A stretch of DNA of 64,000 nucleotides. It comes from a bacterium. Lineage in GTDB: Bacteria > UBA8248. The position numbers were made by a program, and so were the translations under genes. This document shows positions 17,351-28,012 of this stretch, in pieces; the stretch's first letter is position 1, and every line of letters starts with the position of its first letter. The DNA is taken from positions 3,072,001 through 3,136,000 of the forward strand of contig OZ244799.1 in NCBI GenBank assembly GCA_965219955.1. The letters are read 5' to 3'. The notes beneath the pieces are model-generated. The model made no database searches, had not been told where the DNA came from, and worked only from the letters and a program-made list of their open reading frames with translations.

Positions 17351-17644
17351 ATGCCCATGAAGAATCCGCCGCATCCCGGCAAGGTCGTGCGCGTCTCGTG
17401 TCTGGAGCCGTTGGGCCTGAGCGTGACCGAAGGCGCCAAGGCGCTGGGCGTCAGCCGACAGGCGCTCTCGAACCTGGTGAACGGGCGCGCGCGGGTGTCG
17501 AGCGAGATGGCGATACGCCTCGCCAAGGCCTTCGGCTCGACGACGGAGACCTGGATACGCCTCCAGACGGCTTACGACATCGCGCGGGCGCTCGAGCAAG
17601 AGGACGAAATCGAGGTGGAGCGCTACGAGCCGCAACCGGCGTGA
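17351..17644 (+). CDS. higA: HigA antitoxin (HTH)
   Basis: [31 protein letters not shown]; toxin-first gene order. Confidence 0.92.
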   Translation: MPMKNPPHPGKVVRVSCLEPLGLSVTEGAKALGVSRQALSNLVNGRARVSSEMAIRLAKAFGSTTETWIRLQTAYDIARALEQEDEIEVERYEPQPA

Positions 17645-17749
17645 AGGGAACCGATTCCTAGTAAGCCGCGCGGGGTCTTATCCGCATGCGTTGTTCCGAG
17701 TAGGACTACTCATCATTCCAAACAGCATGGATTCGTGAATGAACATCGC

Positions 17750-18170
17750 CGCGCATTTCCCCGCATTTGCGGGCATCGCGCACAGCGCGGGATTCGCTAC
17801 CCTGTCGCGTCAAGGCTCGCCGCCCGGGCCGGTTTCGGCGCGCGGGGGCGGGAGAGGTTCGGGTAAGTTTCAGGAAGCGTTTCCCGGGAGGAGGGCGCAC
17901 GATGGCTGCGGAAATTCAGAGGACGCGCTTCCCGGGAAGAACGCATGAGGAGCACGAGAATCCATGGTAATTCAAAAAATCATATTTTCTGTAAAATTCG
18001 ATAAATTCACGAGGTTTTTCGATAAATTTCTGAAAATAAATATCTTCGCAAATGATTGTAATATAAAGGGTTTACCGCAACACCCGGGCGCCGGGCACTC
18101 AAACTTGGGGCAAAAAAAGTTTTTCGGCTCCCCCGCATTTCCCCGCAGCAGCCCGCATTTCCGCGCGGCG
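17750..18170 (+). repeat. Dispersed non-coding element, copy 1
   Basis: Core GATAAATTCACGAGGTTTTTCGATAAAT at about 18000-18027 with CGCATTTCCCCGCA motifs at both sides; boundaries approximate. Confidence 0.65.
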
Positions 18171-18178
18171 TAAAAACC

Positions 18179-19396
18179 CTACAGCGCGCCCGCGAAGGCC
18201 TCGCCCGCCAGGAGCCTGCCGAGCTTCAGGCGCGTCGTGTCGTTCAGCCCGTCGATGTGGTAGCACATCATCGCGTCGCGCAGGTGCCGCTCCGCCGGGT
18301 GGGTGTCCATGTAGCCGTTGCCGCCGAAGATGTTCATCCCCTTGATGCAGACCTGGGGCGCCATCTCCGAGGCGAACAGGGCTGCGCGCATGCCCTGTTT
18401 GTGGTCGTATTCATCGTCCGCAGCCGTGTCCGCGTGCCAGGCGGCGTGCCAGACGGTGTCCCGCGCGACGGTGATGCTCACGTACATGTCGGCGAGAATC
18501 TCGCGAATCCGCGCGTGCTCGATGATGGGCTTGCCGCCCTGCACGCGCTCCCTCGCGTAGGTCATGGCGTCCTCATAGGCGGCGCGCGCGATGCCGACGC
18601 CGAAGGTGGCCGTGGTGGGCGAGTGGCGCGAGAAGACGCGGGCCATATAGGGCAGGCCGCCGCCCACCTCGCTGAGCCGCCACTTTTCGGGCACTTCGGC
18701 GTCCTCGAAGATGAGTTCCCCGTTCATCAGAAGACGCGCGCCGAGCTTGCCGTGGGTGATCCCGCGCCGGAAGCCGGGTATCTCGTCCGTCATGATGAAC
18801 ATGGTGGCCCCCTCGTTCACGGGAACGTCCGGGTTGGTTCTCGCCACGATGAAATTGATGTTGCTCATCGACGCGCAGGCGATGAAGTGCTTCTTCCCGT
18901 TCAGTATCCAGTTGTCGCCCTGCCTGACGGCCGAGAGCTGCGCTCCGCCGTCGACGTTCGTGGCGGGCATGATGTTGTCCGTGCCCGCCTGGGGCTCCGT
19001 CATGCCGATGGCCATGGTGGAGGTGTCCACGTCCATGTAGCGGGGCAGGAACTCCGCGCGCTGCTCCCCGGTGGTGAAGTGGCAGAGCATCTTGGCGAGC
19101 TTCCAGTTCTGGTGGATGACGGAGGCGAAACCCGCCTCGCCCTGGAACAGCTCCTCCAGCAGGACCACGTGCGCGAAAATGCCCAACCCCTCCCCGCCCA
19201 TCTCCTTTGGCGTCGTGAGCGTCCGGATGCCCGCCGCCGAGGCTTTTTTGAGCGCATCCATGGGAAACGAACTCGTCGGGTCGATCCCGTTCTGCCGATC
19301 CCACTCGGCCGCATAGGGCCTCAACTCGTTCTTCGAGAATTCGGCGATCTTGCCCTGCCAGGCTTTCAGTTCGTCGTCCAGAATGTAATCCACCAT
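18179..19396 (-). CDS. Acyl-CoA dehydrogenase family protein
   Basis: GMTEPQAGTD, LNGKKHFI, YARERVQGGKPI, FGGNGY, ERHLRDA. Confidence 0.9.
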   Translation of the reverse strand: MVDYILDDELKAWQGKIAEFSKNELRPYAAEWDRQNGIDPTSSFPMDALKKASAAGIRTLTTPKEMGGEGLGIFAHVVLLEELFQGEAGFASVIHQNWKLAKMLCHFTTGEQRAEFLPRYMDVDTSTMAIGMTEPQAGTDNIMPATNVDGGAQLSAVRQGDNWILNGKKHFIACASMSNINFIVARTNPDVPVNEGATMFIMTDEIPGFRRGITHGKLGARLLMNGELIFEDAEVPEKWRLSEVGGGLPYMARVFSRHSPTTATFGVGIARAAYEDAMTYARERVQGGKPIIEHARIREILADMYVSITVARDTVWHAAWHADTAADDEYDHKQGMRAALFASEMAPQVCIKGMNIFGGNGYMDTHPAERHLRDAMMCYHIDGLNDTTRLKLGRLLAGEAFAGAL

Positions 19397-19426
19397 GTCG
19401 GCTCCCCCGCATGAAGATTCACGAAC

Positions 19427-20392
19427 CTAGTTTTGCTCCGTATTCTTCTCCAACTCCTTGTTTTCCCGGTACAACCGAATCAACGCCTCGTCCCGCACAC
19501 GCGCCGCTTCGCGGGCCGATTCCGGCGTCCACCTGTAAAACCCCTCGCCGCTCTTGATGCCGAGCAGGTTCTTCTCCACCATCTCGTCCATCAGGGGACC
19601 GGGTTCCGCCCGGTGATCGAGCGTGGGCTGGATATTGCGGTGCACGTCGCGCAGCACGTCCATTCCCGAGAAATCGTTGAGCTTGCACAGCCCAAGCGCC
19701 GGAAAGAGCGGGGCGATAGAGCGCCACACGGCGTCGACGTCCTCGGGGCGCGCGTAGCCTCGTTCCACGATGTGGAAGGCCTCGCGCCTGAGCGCCGTCG
19801 TGAGCCTCACCCCGATGTGTCCGGGCACCTCCCGGCAGACGATAGGTTCTTTTCCTGCTTTTTCGAGCAACTCGCACGTGATCCGCGTCGCATCCGGATT
19901 CGTCCGGCGGCCGGCCGCCACCTCCACGACGGGTATGAGATGAGGCGGGGTGTAATTGTGCGTGACGACGCAGCGCCCGGGATGCTTCGTTCGCGCGGAA
20001 ATATCCGTCATGCCCAGCCCTGAGGTCTCGCTCGCCAGTATCACGTCGGGCGGGGCTATCGCGTCCATCTTCTCGAAAACGTCTTGCTTGAGCGATAAAA
20101 TTTCACTCACCGCCTCGACCACGAAATCACCGCCGCCCACGGCTTCTCGGAAGTCCTGCGTCTGGGCGATACGCCCTGAAACAGCGCGTGCTTCCTCCCT
20201 GCCCATCGCATCCGCATCAACAAGTATATCAAGGCTTTTCTCGATTTCAGCACGCGAGCGATCGGCGCTTTCGGCGCTTCGGTTGAACATCAGGACGCGA
20301 AAGTCCGCGAGGGCGAACTGCAGCGCCACGCCCCGGCCCACGTATCCACCACCGATGACGGCGACGTTTCGGATATCGCTCGTCTCGCGCAT
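19427..20392 (-). CDS. 3-hydroxyacyl-CoA dehydrogenase family protein
   Basis: GGGYVG, VEAVSE, HNYTPPHLIPVVEV, LGIKSGEGFY. Confidence 0.9.
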   Translation of the reverse strand: MRETSDIRNVAVIGGGYVGRGVALQFALADFRVLMFNRSAESADRSRAEIEKSLDILVDADAMGREEARAVSGRIAQTQDFREAVGGGDFVVEAVSEILSLKQDVFEKMDAIAPPDVILASETSGLGMTDISARTKHPGRCVVTHNYTPPHLIPVVEVAAGRRTNPDATRITCELLEKAGKEPIVCREVPGHIGVRLTTALRREAFHIVERGYARPEDVDAVWRSIAPLFPALGLCKLNDFSGMDVLRDVHRNIQPTLDHRAEPGPLMDEMVEKNLLGIKSGEGFYRWTPESAREAARVRDEALIRLYRENKELEKNTEQN

Positions 20393-20513
20393 AATGGCTC
20401 CCGGTATGGAATGGACTCGAGGTATGAGTGAAAATGTATCACAGGCGGGTTTTCGAGGCCATGAGGTCTTCAGAATGCCTTTTGTCTCATAGCTAAAGCC
20501 TCAGGGAGTATTG

Positions 20514-21614
20514 ATGGGGAAGCGAACGATTCTATGTTTTTTGCTCGGCTTCGCCTTGGCCGCCTGCAGCGGCGAGGGGGATTTCTCCCCGGCGGGGAAC
20601 ATGAACGCCCCCCGGCACGGGCATACGGCCACAAAACTCGAATCCGGCGAAATACTCATCGCCGCGGGCCTCACGAAAACCTCTCCACTTGGTGATTTCG
20701 AGATATACGACCCGGCACAGGGGACATTCAAGCCCTACAAGATTCAAGGCCTGCGGGCGCGAGGCTGGCACAAGGCGATCCTCCTGAAAGACGCGGTGCT
20801 GGTTACCGGGGGCTGGACAACTGGAGGAAAAGCGCTCAGAGACTCTTTCCTCATACAACCCGGCGGGGGAGTCCGCGCACGCGCCATGATGAAGTATGGC
20901 CGCTATGATCACACCATCACGCAACTGCCCGCCGGAGACGTACTCATCGCGGGCGGCAACGACGGGAAGCGCGCTATCCGCCATCTGGAAATTTTCGCGC
21001 CCGGCAAAAAGCGCTTCCTCCCGGCGCGGAGACCCATGCTCATGGCGCGCCAGCAGCACAGCGCCACCGCGTTGCCTGGAGGCGACGTCCTCATCATCGG
21101 CGGCGCGGAAGGAACGGGGGCGCGCTACGCGGAGCTTTACCTGCCCTCCCAGGGAAGAACACGGCTGGTTCGAAGCCTGGCGACGCAGAGGAGCCGCCAC
21201 ACCGCCACGCGGCTCAAGGACGGGAGGGTGCTCATCGCAGGCGGTCTGGGCAAGGAAAAAACGCTCGCCGGCGCTGAAATCTACGACCCGGCGACGGAAA
21301 AATTCACTCCCCTGAAAAGCAAGCTGCACGTCAATCGCCAGCAGCACACCGCCACATTGATGCCTGACGGCCGAGTCATCCTGATCGGCGGCTGGGGCGG
21401 CGAGGGGCGGACTTTGGCCAGCGCGGAAGTGTTCGAACCCGATAAGGGATGCTTCTGGCTTGTTGGAGTCGAAATGAAGTTTCCCAGACGCCTCCATACG
21501 GCCACTTCGCTGGGAGGAGGGCGGGTTCTCATCGCAGGGGGCGCAACCGACAACGAGGTGCTGAAATCGGCGGAAATTCTCACCATCACGCATGAAGGAA
21601 AAAGCGGATGCTGA
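20514..21614 (+). CDS. Kelch-repeat (beta-propeller) lipoprotein
   Basis: Lipobox LAAC; about seven R..HTAT.L..G.VLIAGG repeats. Confidence 0.88.
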   Translation: MGKRTILCFLLGFALAACSGEGDFSPAGNMNAPRHGHTATKLESGEILIAAGLTKTSPLGDFEIYDPAQGTFKPYKIQGLRARGWHKAILLKDAVLVTGGWTTGGKALRDSFLIQPGGGVRARAMMKYGRYDHTITQLPAGDVLIAGGNDGKRAIRHLEIFAPGKKRFLPARRPMLMARQQHSATALPGGDVLIIGGAEGTGARYAELYLPSQGRTRLVRSLATQRSRHTATRLKDGRVLIAGGLGKEKTLAGAEIYDPATEKFTPLKSKLHVNRQQHTATLMPDGRVILIGGWGGEGRTLASAEVFEPDKGCFWLVGVEMKFPRRLHTATSLGGGRVLIAGGATDNEVLKSAEILTITHEGKSGC

Positions 21615-21676
21615 GCATTCAGGATATCCCGTCAAAAATAGACAATCATAAAAACTAAACAAGTGAGGGTACTCCC

Positions 21677-22882
21677 ATGCCTTTGAAACACGTTCGCCGC
21701 CGTGACAACCAGCAATGGATTCTGGATTACATCGCCAAAACGGCCGGAATGGTTCAGAACTTCGAAGACGACAAGTTTGAGCTTCCCAAGGGCGTCAAGA
21801 ACTACAAGATGATCAGCAAGCTCCAGGGCGAGGATGCGGAGCACAAGGAAGAAATCGCCCGGGCGGCGGAGGAGGCCGGGATGCGGGAAACGGCGCTCGA
21901 ACTCTACGTCCAGGCGTCGGAATCATACCGCAAGGGACAACACGTGATCTTCGAGGACGACCACCCGCAGAAGATCAAACTCCACGCCGGGTTGATTCGC
22001 TGCTACGACCGCGCGATGGCTCTGGCCGATTACCCGGTGGAGCGCGTCGAAGTTCCCTTCGAGGGCCGGGAGATTCAAATCATTCTCCACCTCCTGCCGG
22101 AGGGGAGAAAAGCCCCTTGCATCATCTACATTCCCGGCATGGACCAGACGAAAGAGTTTTATCCCTACATCCTGCAGAACGACATGATCCGGCGGGGCAT
22201 GCACGCCTGCGCCATCGACGGCCCCGGACAGGGCATCTCCAACATGCGCAAGATTCGCGTGACCGAGAACAATTACGAGCGCGCCGTTTCGGCGGTCGTC
22301 GATTATCTGGTGACCCGCGAAGAAATCGACCCGGATAAAATCGGCGTCTTCGGCATCAGCATGGGTTCCTACTGGGCGCCGCTCGCCGCAGCGATGGACG
22401 AGAGGATCAAGGCCTGCGCGGGCGGCAGCGCCACCTTTTCGGACAAGCACGTCATCTTCGGCGAAGCGTCGCCGCGCTTCAAGCAAATCTTCATGTACAT
22501 GGCCGGATACGCCGACGAAGACGCCTTCGACGAGATGGCCGCAAAGATGACGCTCAAAGGCTGCGGGGCGAAAATCTCCTGCCCGATGCTGCTGGCCACG
22601 GGAGAATTCGACCCGCTGAGCCACCTGGAAGATGCTTTGCGCTTTTTCGGGGAGATCACGGCGCCCAAGGAGTTGTGGGTGCTGGAAAACGAGTTCCACA
22701 GGGTGTGGGGGATGCAGGGGCTCGGTAACCTGGACCTGAACCCTTGGGCCGTGGATTGGCTGAAAAAAGCGCTACATGGAGAAATCCCGGACGATCACGA
22801 CAAGACCGTCTACATCAGACAAAAGTCGGGCCGCGGCGCCTTGAGCGGCCCTATCCCTGATGATCATCCCAAGCGGTGGTGA
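21677..22882 (+). CDS. Alpha/beta hydrolase (2,6-dihydroxypseudooxynicotine hydrolase / FrsA-like)
   Basis: PGMDQTKE, IDGPGQG, nucleophile GISMG, GEFDPL. Confidence 0.82.
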   Translation: MPLKHVRRRDNQQWILDYIAKTAGMVQNFEDDKFELPKGVKNYKMISKLQGEDAEHKEEIARAAEEAGMRETALELYVQASESYRKGQHVIFEDDHPQKIKLHAGLIRCYDRAMALADYPVERVEVPFEGREIQIILHLLPEGRKAPCIIYIPGMDQTKEFYPYILQNDMIRRGMHACAIDGPGQGISNMRKIRVTENNYERAVSAVVDYLVTREEIDPDKIGVFGISMGSYWAPLAAAMDERIKACAGGSATFSDKHVIFGEASPRFKQIFMYMAGYADEDAFDEMAAKMTLKGCGAKISCPMLLATGEFDPLSHLEDALRFFGEITAPKELWVLENEFHRVWGMQGLGNLDLNPWAVDWLKKALHGEIPDDHDKTVYIRQKSGRGALSGPIPDDHPKRW

Positions 22883-23111
22883 ACGGAATCATGGCGCATA
22901 AAAGCACCACGCCGCATACGTTCTCTCTGTACACCCACTCGTTGAGCGCATGGCTGCACGTTCGGAATGCTTCGAACTCTTTGCGCATTCATTGTGAATC
23001 GACGATGGTGTAGTATTCACGACAAAAAGCGCCGGGCGCGTCCTTGAAAGCGGGCCTTCCCGTTCGAGGCTTCGGGGAAATTCGGCGCGCATTCAACACG
23101 CAGGAGTAGAC

Positions 23112-24203
23112 TTGGCCGTTCAATTTCACTGGGCTTTGTGCTCGTTCAACGCGGGCGACGGCCACCAAATCAACCCCGCCGTGCCCGAGCGTCCCGCCAC
23201 ACTGGATTACCTGGCCCGGGTCACGCAAGCAGCCGAAGACGCCGGGTGCGTCAACATTCTGGTGCCGACGGGCACGCACTGCGTCGATGCCTGGCAGACG
23301 GCGTCCGCCCTGGCGACCCGGACGAAGAAAATCAAGTTTCTGGTCGCCTTCCGCCCCGGCCTGGTGGGCCCGGTCTACGCCGCCCAGCAGGCGAACACGC
23401 TGGATTACTTCACGAAAGGCCGCCTGTCACTCAACGTCGTCTCGGGCGCGAACTCAGCGGACTTAAGGCGCTACGGCTACCACGCGGCTCATGATGAAAG
23501 ATACGAGGTAACCGAGGAATTTCTCGAGGTCGTGCACCGCCTCTGGCGGGAAGAGGGCCCCGTGAATTTCAAGGGCCGCTTTTTTCACGTGGAAGACGCC
23601 CATGTGTGGCCCAAGCGTTATTCCGACCCCCACCCGACCATCTTTCTGGCGGGCAGTTCCTCTGGCGGAAAGCGCGTCGCCGCGCGCTTCGGCGACGTTC
23701 ACGTCTATTTCGCCTATGAACCGGAAACCGTGGCAAGGGAAATTCAGGAAGTCATGAAGATGGAAGAGCAATTCGAGCGCGAGGCTCCCCTCGAATTCGG
23801 TGTGCGCCACTGCGTTTGCGTGCGGGAGACGAAACGAGAAGCGAGGCGCACCGTGGAGGGCTGGCTGAACGACAGCGACATCGGCAATACAGCGACATGG
23901 GCGGATTCGGTTCGCCTGAGCGAATCCACGAGCCAGTCGCGCATCAACGAGATGGCGTCGAGGGAATCCCTCTGGCTCACCGACACCATCTGGATGGGCG
24001 TGAACAAGGTGCGCGCAGGCGGGGCCACGACGTTCGTGGGCACGCCGGAGATGGTGGCGAATCAGTTCCGTGAATACATCGACGCCGGCGTGACGCACTT
24101 CATCATGCACGGCTGGCCGTATCTGGAAGAAGCGCAGATTTTCGGACGCGAGGTTCTGCCGCTGCTCGAAGACGTGGCGCCGGTGATCTTGCCCGACCCC
24201 TGA
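23112..24203 (+). CDS. Luciferase-like flavin monooxygenase (SsuD-like)
   Basis: LVPTG..DAW, FLVAFRPG, GRLSLNVVSG, HDERY, VGTPE, YLEEA. Confidence 0.88.
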   Translation: MAVQFHWALCSFNAGDGHQINPAVPERPATLDYLARVTQAAEDAGCVNILVPTGTHCVDAWQTASALATRTKKIKFLVAFRPGLVGPVYAAQQANTLDYFTKGRLSLNVVSGANSADLRRYGYHAAHDERYEVTEEFLEVVHRLWREEGPVNFKGRFFHVEDAHVWPKRYSDPHPTIFLAGSSSGGKRVAARFGDVHVYFAYEPETVAREIQEVMKMEEQFEREAPLEFGVRHCVCVRETKREARRTVEGWLNDSDIGNTATWADSVRLSESTSQSRINEMASRESLWLTDTIWMGVNKVRAGGATTFVGTPEMVANQFREYIDAGVTHFIMHGWPYLEEAQIFGREVLPLLEDVAPVILPDP

Positions 24204-24323
24204 GAGACAGAATAAAACAAACATCGGCATGTCTTTCGAGAATGCGTAAAGCCGAGAGTGAATTGAAGTTCTCTTTTTTCCAACCCTGCAACAAGTGATG
24301 ATAATCCATACAAGGAGGTTGTA

Positions 24324-25586
24324 ATGCCCGGCTATCCCGTGAACAGCAATTTGGAGCCCACCACCGAGAACTGGCGGATTTCGCAGCATTGTTTCTCCGA
24401 GGAAATCCGCTCGCAGATGACGCTGCCCGAGAAATTCCAGCTCTGCGACATCACCTTGAGGGAAGGAAGGCAGCTGCCCGGCGTGTCCCTGAGGCGCGAT
24501 GAGGTCATCCGCATCGCCGATGCGCTCGTCGACGCAGGCGTGAGCATGGTGCAGATGCACCACGACGACCCGCTGGAGATGGAGGAAGTCAAAAAACGCC
24601 ATCCCGACCTCATCGTGGAAGCCTTGGTGCATCCCACCGCGGTTCTCAACCCAGAGCTCGCCAAGGTGGAAGTGGATCTGAACGTGGAGCACGGCGCGGA
24701 CTATACGACCCTTTGCTTTTCCTTCTCGCCGAACCAGATGTGCCTGTTCGAATCGATGGCCGGAGACCCGGACATCACCATCGAACAGGCCATCGAGCGC
24801 GCCTGCGGCTCGGTGGCCTACGCCCGGGAGAAATCGGGCCCCGAGAGGAAGGTGGGCTGCCTGATCCAGGACTGCACGCGCATACCCATCGAGCGTCTCG
24901 CCGAGGTGTGCGGCAAACTCGTGGACGCAGGGGCCGACATGATCAAGCTCGACGACATCAACGGCATGGCGATCACGCCGGTCTACACCTACGTCGTCCG
25001 CGAGATGAAGCGCCTGCTGCCCGGCACGCAGATCGGCCTGCACACCCACAACGACATCGGTCTGGCGTGCGCCGCCCTGTACGCCGGTCTTGAAGGGGGA
25101 GCCGACCTCATCGACGCCTGCGTGAACGGGCTGGGCGAGCGCGCGCACATCGCGCCCCTGGCGGAAGTCGCCGCCGTGATCCAGCTCTACTACGGCATCG
25201 ACTGCGGGATTAAGCTCGAGAAAATGTATGAACTCTCGAGACTCGTCTCCGACATCATGAAGTGGCCCATGACGGACACCATGCCCTTCGTCGGCAAGAC
25301 GGCGTTCTCACACCTTGTCGAGGTGCACTATTGCGTGCCCGACACGGAAGAAGGTTTTTGGGCGTATTCGTGCATGAAGCCCGGGATGTTCGGAAACGGC
25401 ATGCACAACCTGCTTGGCCATTACTCGGGCGAGTGGGCCATCCGCACCAAGGCGCGGGAATTGGGCCTCGACCTCCCGCAGGAGAAGGAAAAAGACGTGG
25501 TCGAGCGCGTGCGGGCGGAGATCCGCTGGCGCAAGCGGCAGCTGGGGAACGAGGAGTTCGAGGCCATCGTCCGGGAAGTCTGCTGA
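24324..25586 (+). CDS. DRE-TIM metallolyase (homocitrate / isopropylmalate synthase-like)
   Basis: DITLREGRQ, HTHNDIG, NGLGERA, VGKTAFSH, LGHYSG. Confidence 0.82.
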   Translation: MPGYPVNSNLEPTTENWRISQHCFSEEIRSQMTLPEKFQLCDITLREGRQLPGVSLRRDEVIRIADALVDAGVSMVQMHHDDPLEMEEVKKRHPDLIVEALVHPTAVLNPELAKVEVDLNVEHGADYTTLCFSFSPNQMCLFESMAGDPDITIEQAIERACGSVAYAREKSGPERKVGCLIQDCTRIPIERLAEVCGKLVDAGADMIKLDDINGMAITPVYTYVVREMKRLLPGTQIGLHTHNDIGLACAALYAGLEGGADLIDACVNGLGERAHIAPLAEVAAVIQLYYGIDCGIKLEKMYELSRLVSDIMKWPMTDTMPFVGKTAFSHLVEVHYCVPDTEEGFWAYSCMKPGMFGNGMHNLLGHYSGEWAIRTKARELGLDLPQEKEKDVVERVRAEIRWRKRQLGNEEFEAIVREVC

Positions 25587-25653
25587 GAGAAAGCACTTTT
25601 TCGATCAATCACGCTTGAAATCCGGGAAATGACTACCCTGATAAGGAGAAACC

Positions 25654-26430
25654 ATGAAACTCGAAGGCAAGGTCGCATTCATCACGGGCGCATCCGGCGG
25701 CATCGGCGGCGCCATCGCGCGCACCTACGCGAGCGAGGGAGCGAACCTCGCCCTGGCCGCCCGCTCCGTGGACAAGCTCGAAGCGCTCGCAAAAGAGATA
25801 GAGGCCATGGGGCGAAAGGCGCTCGTCTGCCCGTGCGACGTCATGAGGGATGAGGACATTCTCGATTCGCTGCGCAAGACGGTCGACGAACTCGGCCCCA
25901 TCGACATTCTCGTCAACAACGCAGGCATCGTGAGCTTTGAAGCCGTGCACGAGCTTCCCGACGAGGTTTGGGAACGCACCATGCAGATCAACGCGAAGGC
26001 GCCGTTCACGGCGATCCGCGAGGTTCTGCCCTCGATGCTTGAGCGCAAATCGGGAAAGATCATCAACGTGGCGTCTGTTTCGGGGAAAATCGGCCTGGCC
26101 TACAGGAGCGCCTACGCGGCGTCGAAACACGCCGTCCTGGGCCTCACCAAGGCGCTCTCGGCGGAAGTCGCCCCGTTCGGCATCACGGCGAACTGCATCT
26201 GCCCCACATTCGTCTCCACCGGCATGTTCGAGGAAAGCATCCAGAAATGGGCCGACGAGACGGGCAAGACTTTTGAGGAACAATCAGAAGAGCTCAGGAA
26301 CCGGGTGCCGATGAAGCGCTTCATCGATTCGGAAGAATGCGCGCCGCTCGCGCTTCTCCTGGCGTGTGAGGACTCCGGCGGGATCACCGGCCAGGCCATC
26401 AACGTGGACGGCGGCTTCGTCCAGTTCTAA
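25654..26430 (+). CDS. Short-chain dehydrogenase/reductase
   Basis: TGASGGIG, NNAG, YAASK, VDGG. Confidence 0.92.
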   Translation: MKLEGKVAFITGASGGIGGAIARTYASEGANLALAARSVDKLEALAKEIEAMGRKALVCPCDVMRDEDILDSLRKTVDELGPIDILVNNAGIVSFEAVHELPDEVWERTMQINAKAPFTAIREVLPSMLERKSGKIINVASVSGKIGLAYRSAYAASKHAVLGLTKALSAEVAPFGITANCICPTFVSTGMFEESIQKWADETGKTFEEQSEELRNRVPMKRFIDSEECAPLALLLACEDSGGITGQAINVDGGFVQF

Positions 26431-26443
26431 ACGGGAGACCGAA

Positions 26444-27193
26444 ATGCGGCTGAAGGAGAAGGCAGCCATCATCACGGGAGCCGGAAGCGGCCTGGGCGAG
26501 GCCATCGCCAGGCGTTTCGCGGCGGAGGGCGCGTCCCTGCTCGTCTGCGATCGAAACGCGCAAGCCGTGGAAGCCCTCTCGAATGAACTCGCTGCACATT
26601 CATCAGGCGTTCGGGCGTGTGAGGCCGACGTTTCGGATTCCGCATCCGTTCAAGAGATGGCCGAATCCTGCCTGGAAGCGTTCGGGCGAATCGACATCCT
26701 CATCAACAACGCAGGGATTTCCCCCAAAAAAGGTTATCTCGAATACACAGAAAAAGACTGGGACGCCGTGATCGACGTGAACCTGAAAGGCGAGTACCTC
26801 TGCGCCCGCGCCGTCTCCGAACACATGATGGCGAGGCGCTACGGCCGCATCGTGAACCTCTCCTCCTCCGCATGGCGCTCGGGCGGCTTCGCGGGCGGGA
26901 TTCCCTACACTTCGGCCAAGGCGGGCGTCATCGGCCTCACGCGCTCGCTCGCCAAGACGCTGGGGCCCTACGGCGTCACCGTGAACGCCATCGCGCCCGG
27001 CCCCACGACGACGCCCCTCACGGACGGGTGGCTCCCCGCCCGCCGGGAAGAGATAGTCAAGCAGATCCCGCTCGGCCGCGTGGGCAGGCCGCTGGACGTG
27101 GCCAACGCCGCGCTCTTCCTCGCCTCGGACGAGGCGGAATACGTCACGGGCGTCTGCCTGGACGTGAACGGCGGCATCGCCATGGGGGGTTGA
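26444..27193 (+). CDS. Short-chain dehydrogenase/reductase (FabG-like)
   Basis: TGAGSGLG, NNAG, YTSAK; ATG after GGGAG. Confidence 0.92.
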   Translation: MRLKEKAAIITGAGSGLGEAIARRFAAEGASLLVCDRNAQAVEALSNELAAHSSGVRACEADVSDSASVQEMAESCLEAFGRIDILINNAGISPKKGYLEYTEKDWDAVIDVNLKGEYLCARAVSEHMMARRYGRIVNLSSSAWRSGGFAGGIPYTSAKAGVIGLTRSLAKTLGPYGVTVNAIAPGPTTTPLTDGWLPARREEIVKQIPLGRVGRPLDVANAALFLASDEAEYVTGVCLDVNGGIAMGG

Positions 27194-27249
27194 TTTATAG
27201 AGGATGAGGCGGCAACAAGATTTTGAAAAGTATCCCGAGTAATTTGACT

Positions 27250-27669
27250 CTAAGGGGTTTCCCCCGTTGAATTCTTAGGTTCCTGCTCCTGCTCTGGTGG
27301 AGGAGATGCCTGACGCCCCCCAAAATAAAAACCGATAACGGAACCGGCAAGAGTGCCGAAAGCGGTGATGACCTGCTCGAAATGATCCGGAAACACCTCG
27401 GCGCCAAACACCAAGATGTTTACGAACGAACCGACGATCAACAAAGCCAGCATCGCCCGAACGGAACCTCTGGGAAGGTTCAAGCCTCGAAGAGATTTGG
27501 AAGATTCATCAGATCTTCGGGCCCAATACGCATAGAAGGGACCCCCCAACACAACCAGCAATAGCAACAACAATTCGAACCAAAGAAGTGGTTCTGAAAA
27601 CCATATGATGCCGGCAGCCTCAGATGCGGATTTAGCTTGTTCGGCGGCGTGCGCAATATTCGTAAACAT
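27250..27669 (-). CDS. Small hypothetical membrane protein, about three TM segments
   Basis: AAGGAG SD; GLNLPRGSVRAMLALL and VIGFYFG motifs; visibly more AT-rich than neighbours. Confidence 0.7.
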   Translation of the reverse strand: MFTNIAHAAEQAKSASEAAGIIWFSEPLLWFELLLLLLVVLGGPFYAYWARRSDESSKSLRGLNLPRGSVRAMLALLIVGSFVNILVFGAEVFPDHFEQVITAFGTLAGSVIGFYFGGRQASPPPEQEQEPKNSTGETP

Positions 27670-28012
27670 GAGAAATCTCCTTCTCATTCGTTCTATTCAA
27701 TCGAGCAGTATTGTCGATGATGTGTTGCGCCAATTCAAGGACGCGATTCTCCTGCTCTTGAGGTAGACCAGTCCGGGTTTTTCTCTCATTTGCGGAAAGA
27801 CCGGGAATCAAGTGCGTTCAATACGCTCCGCTTGCATTTTTGCGCCCTGCATGACACCCTTTTTTCGGTTCATGAATCATTGTTCGAGCGATGGTCGAGA
27901 CAGCGCATTCTCCGTTGCCTGATGGGTTTCCCGAAAGACGAGTTTCCGCTTGTTCTCGGCATAAATAATGAAAACCGAATCCGGGATGTCACATATTCGA
28001 GAGGAAACCGCC

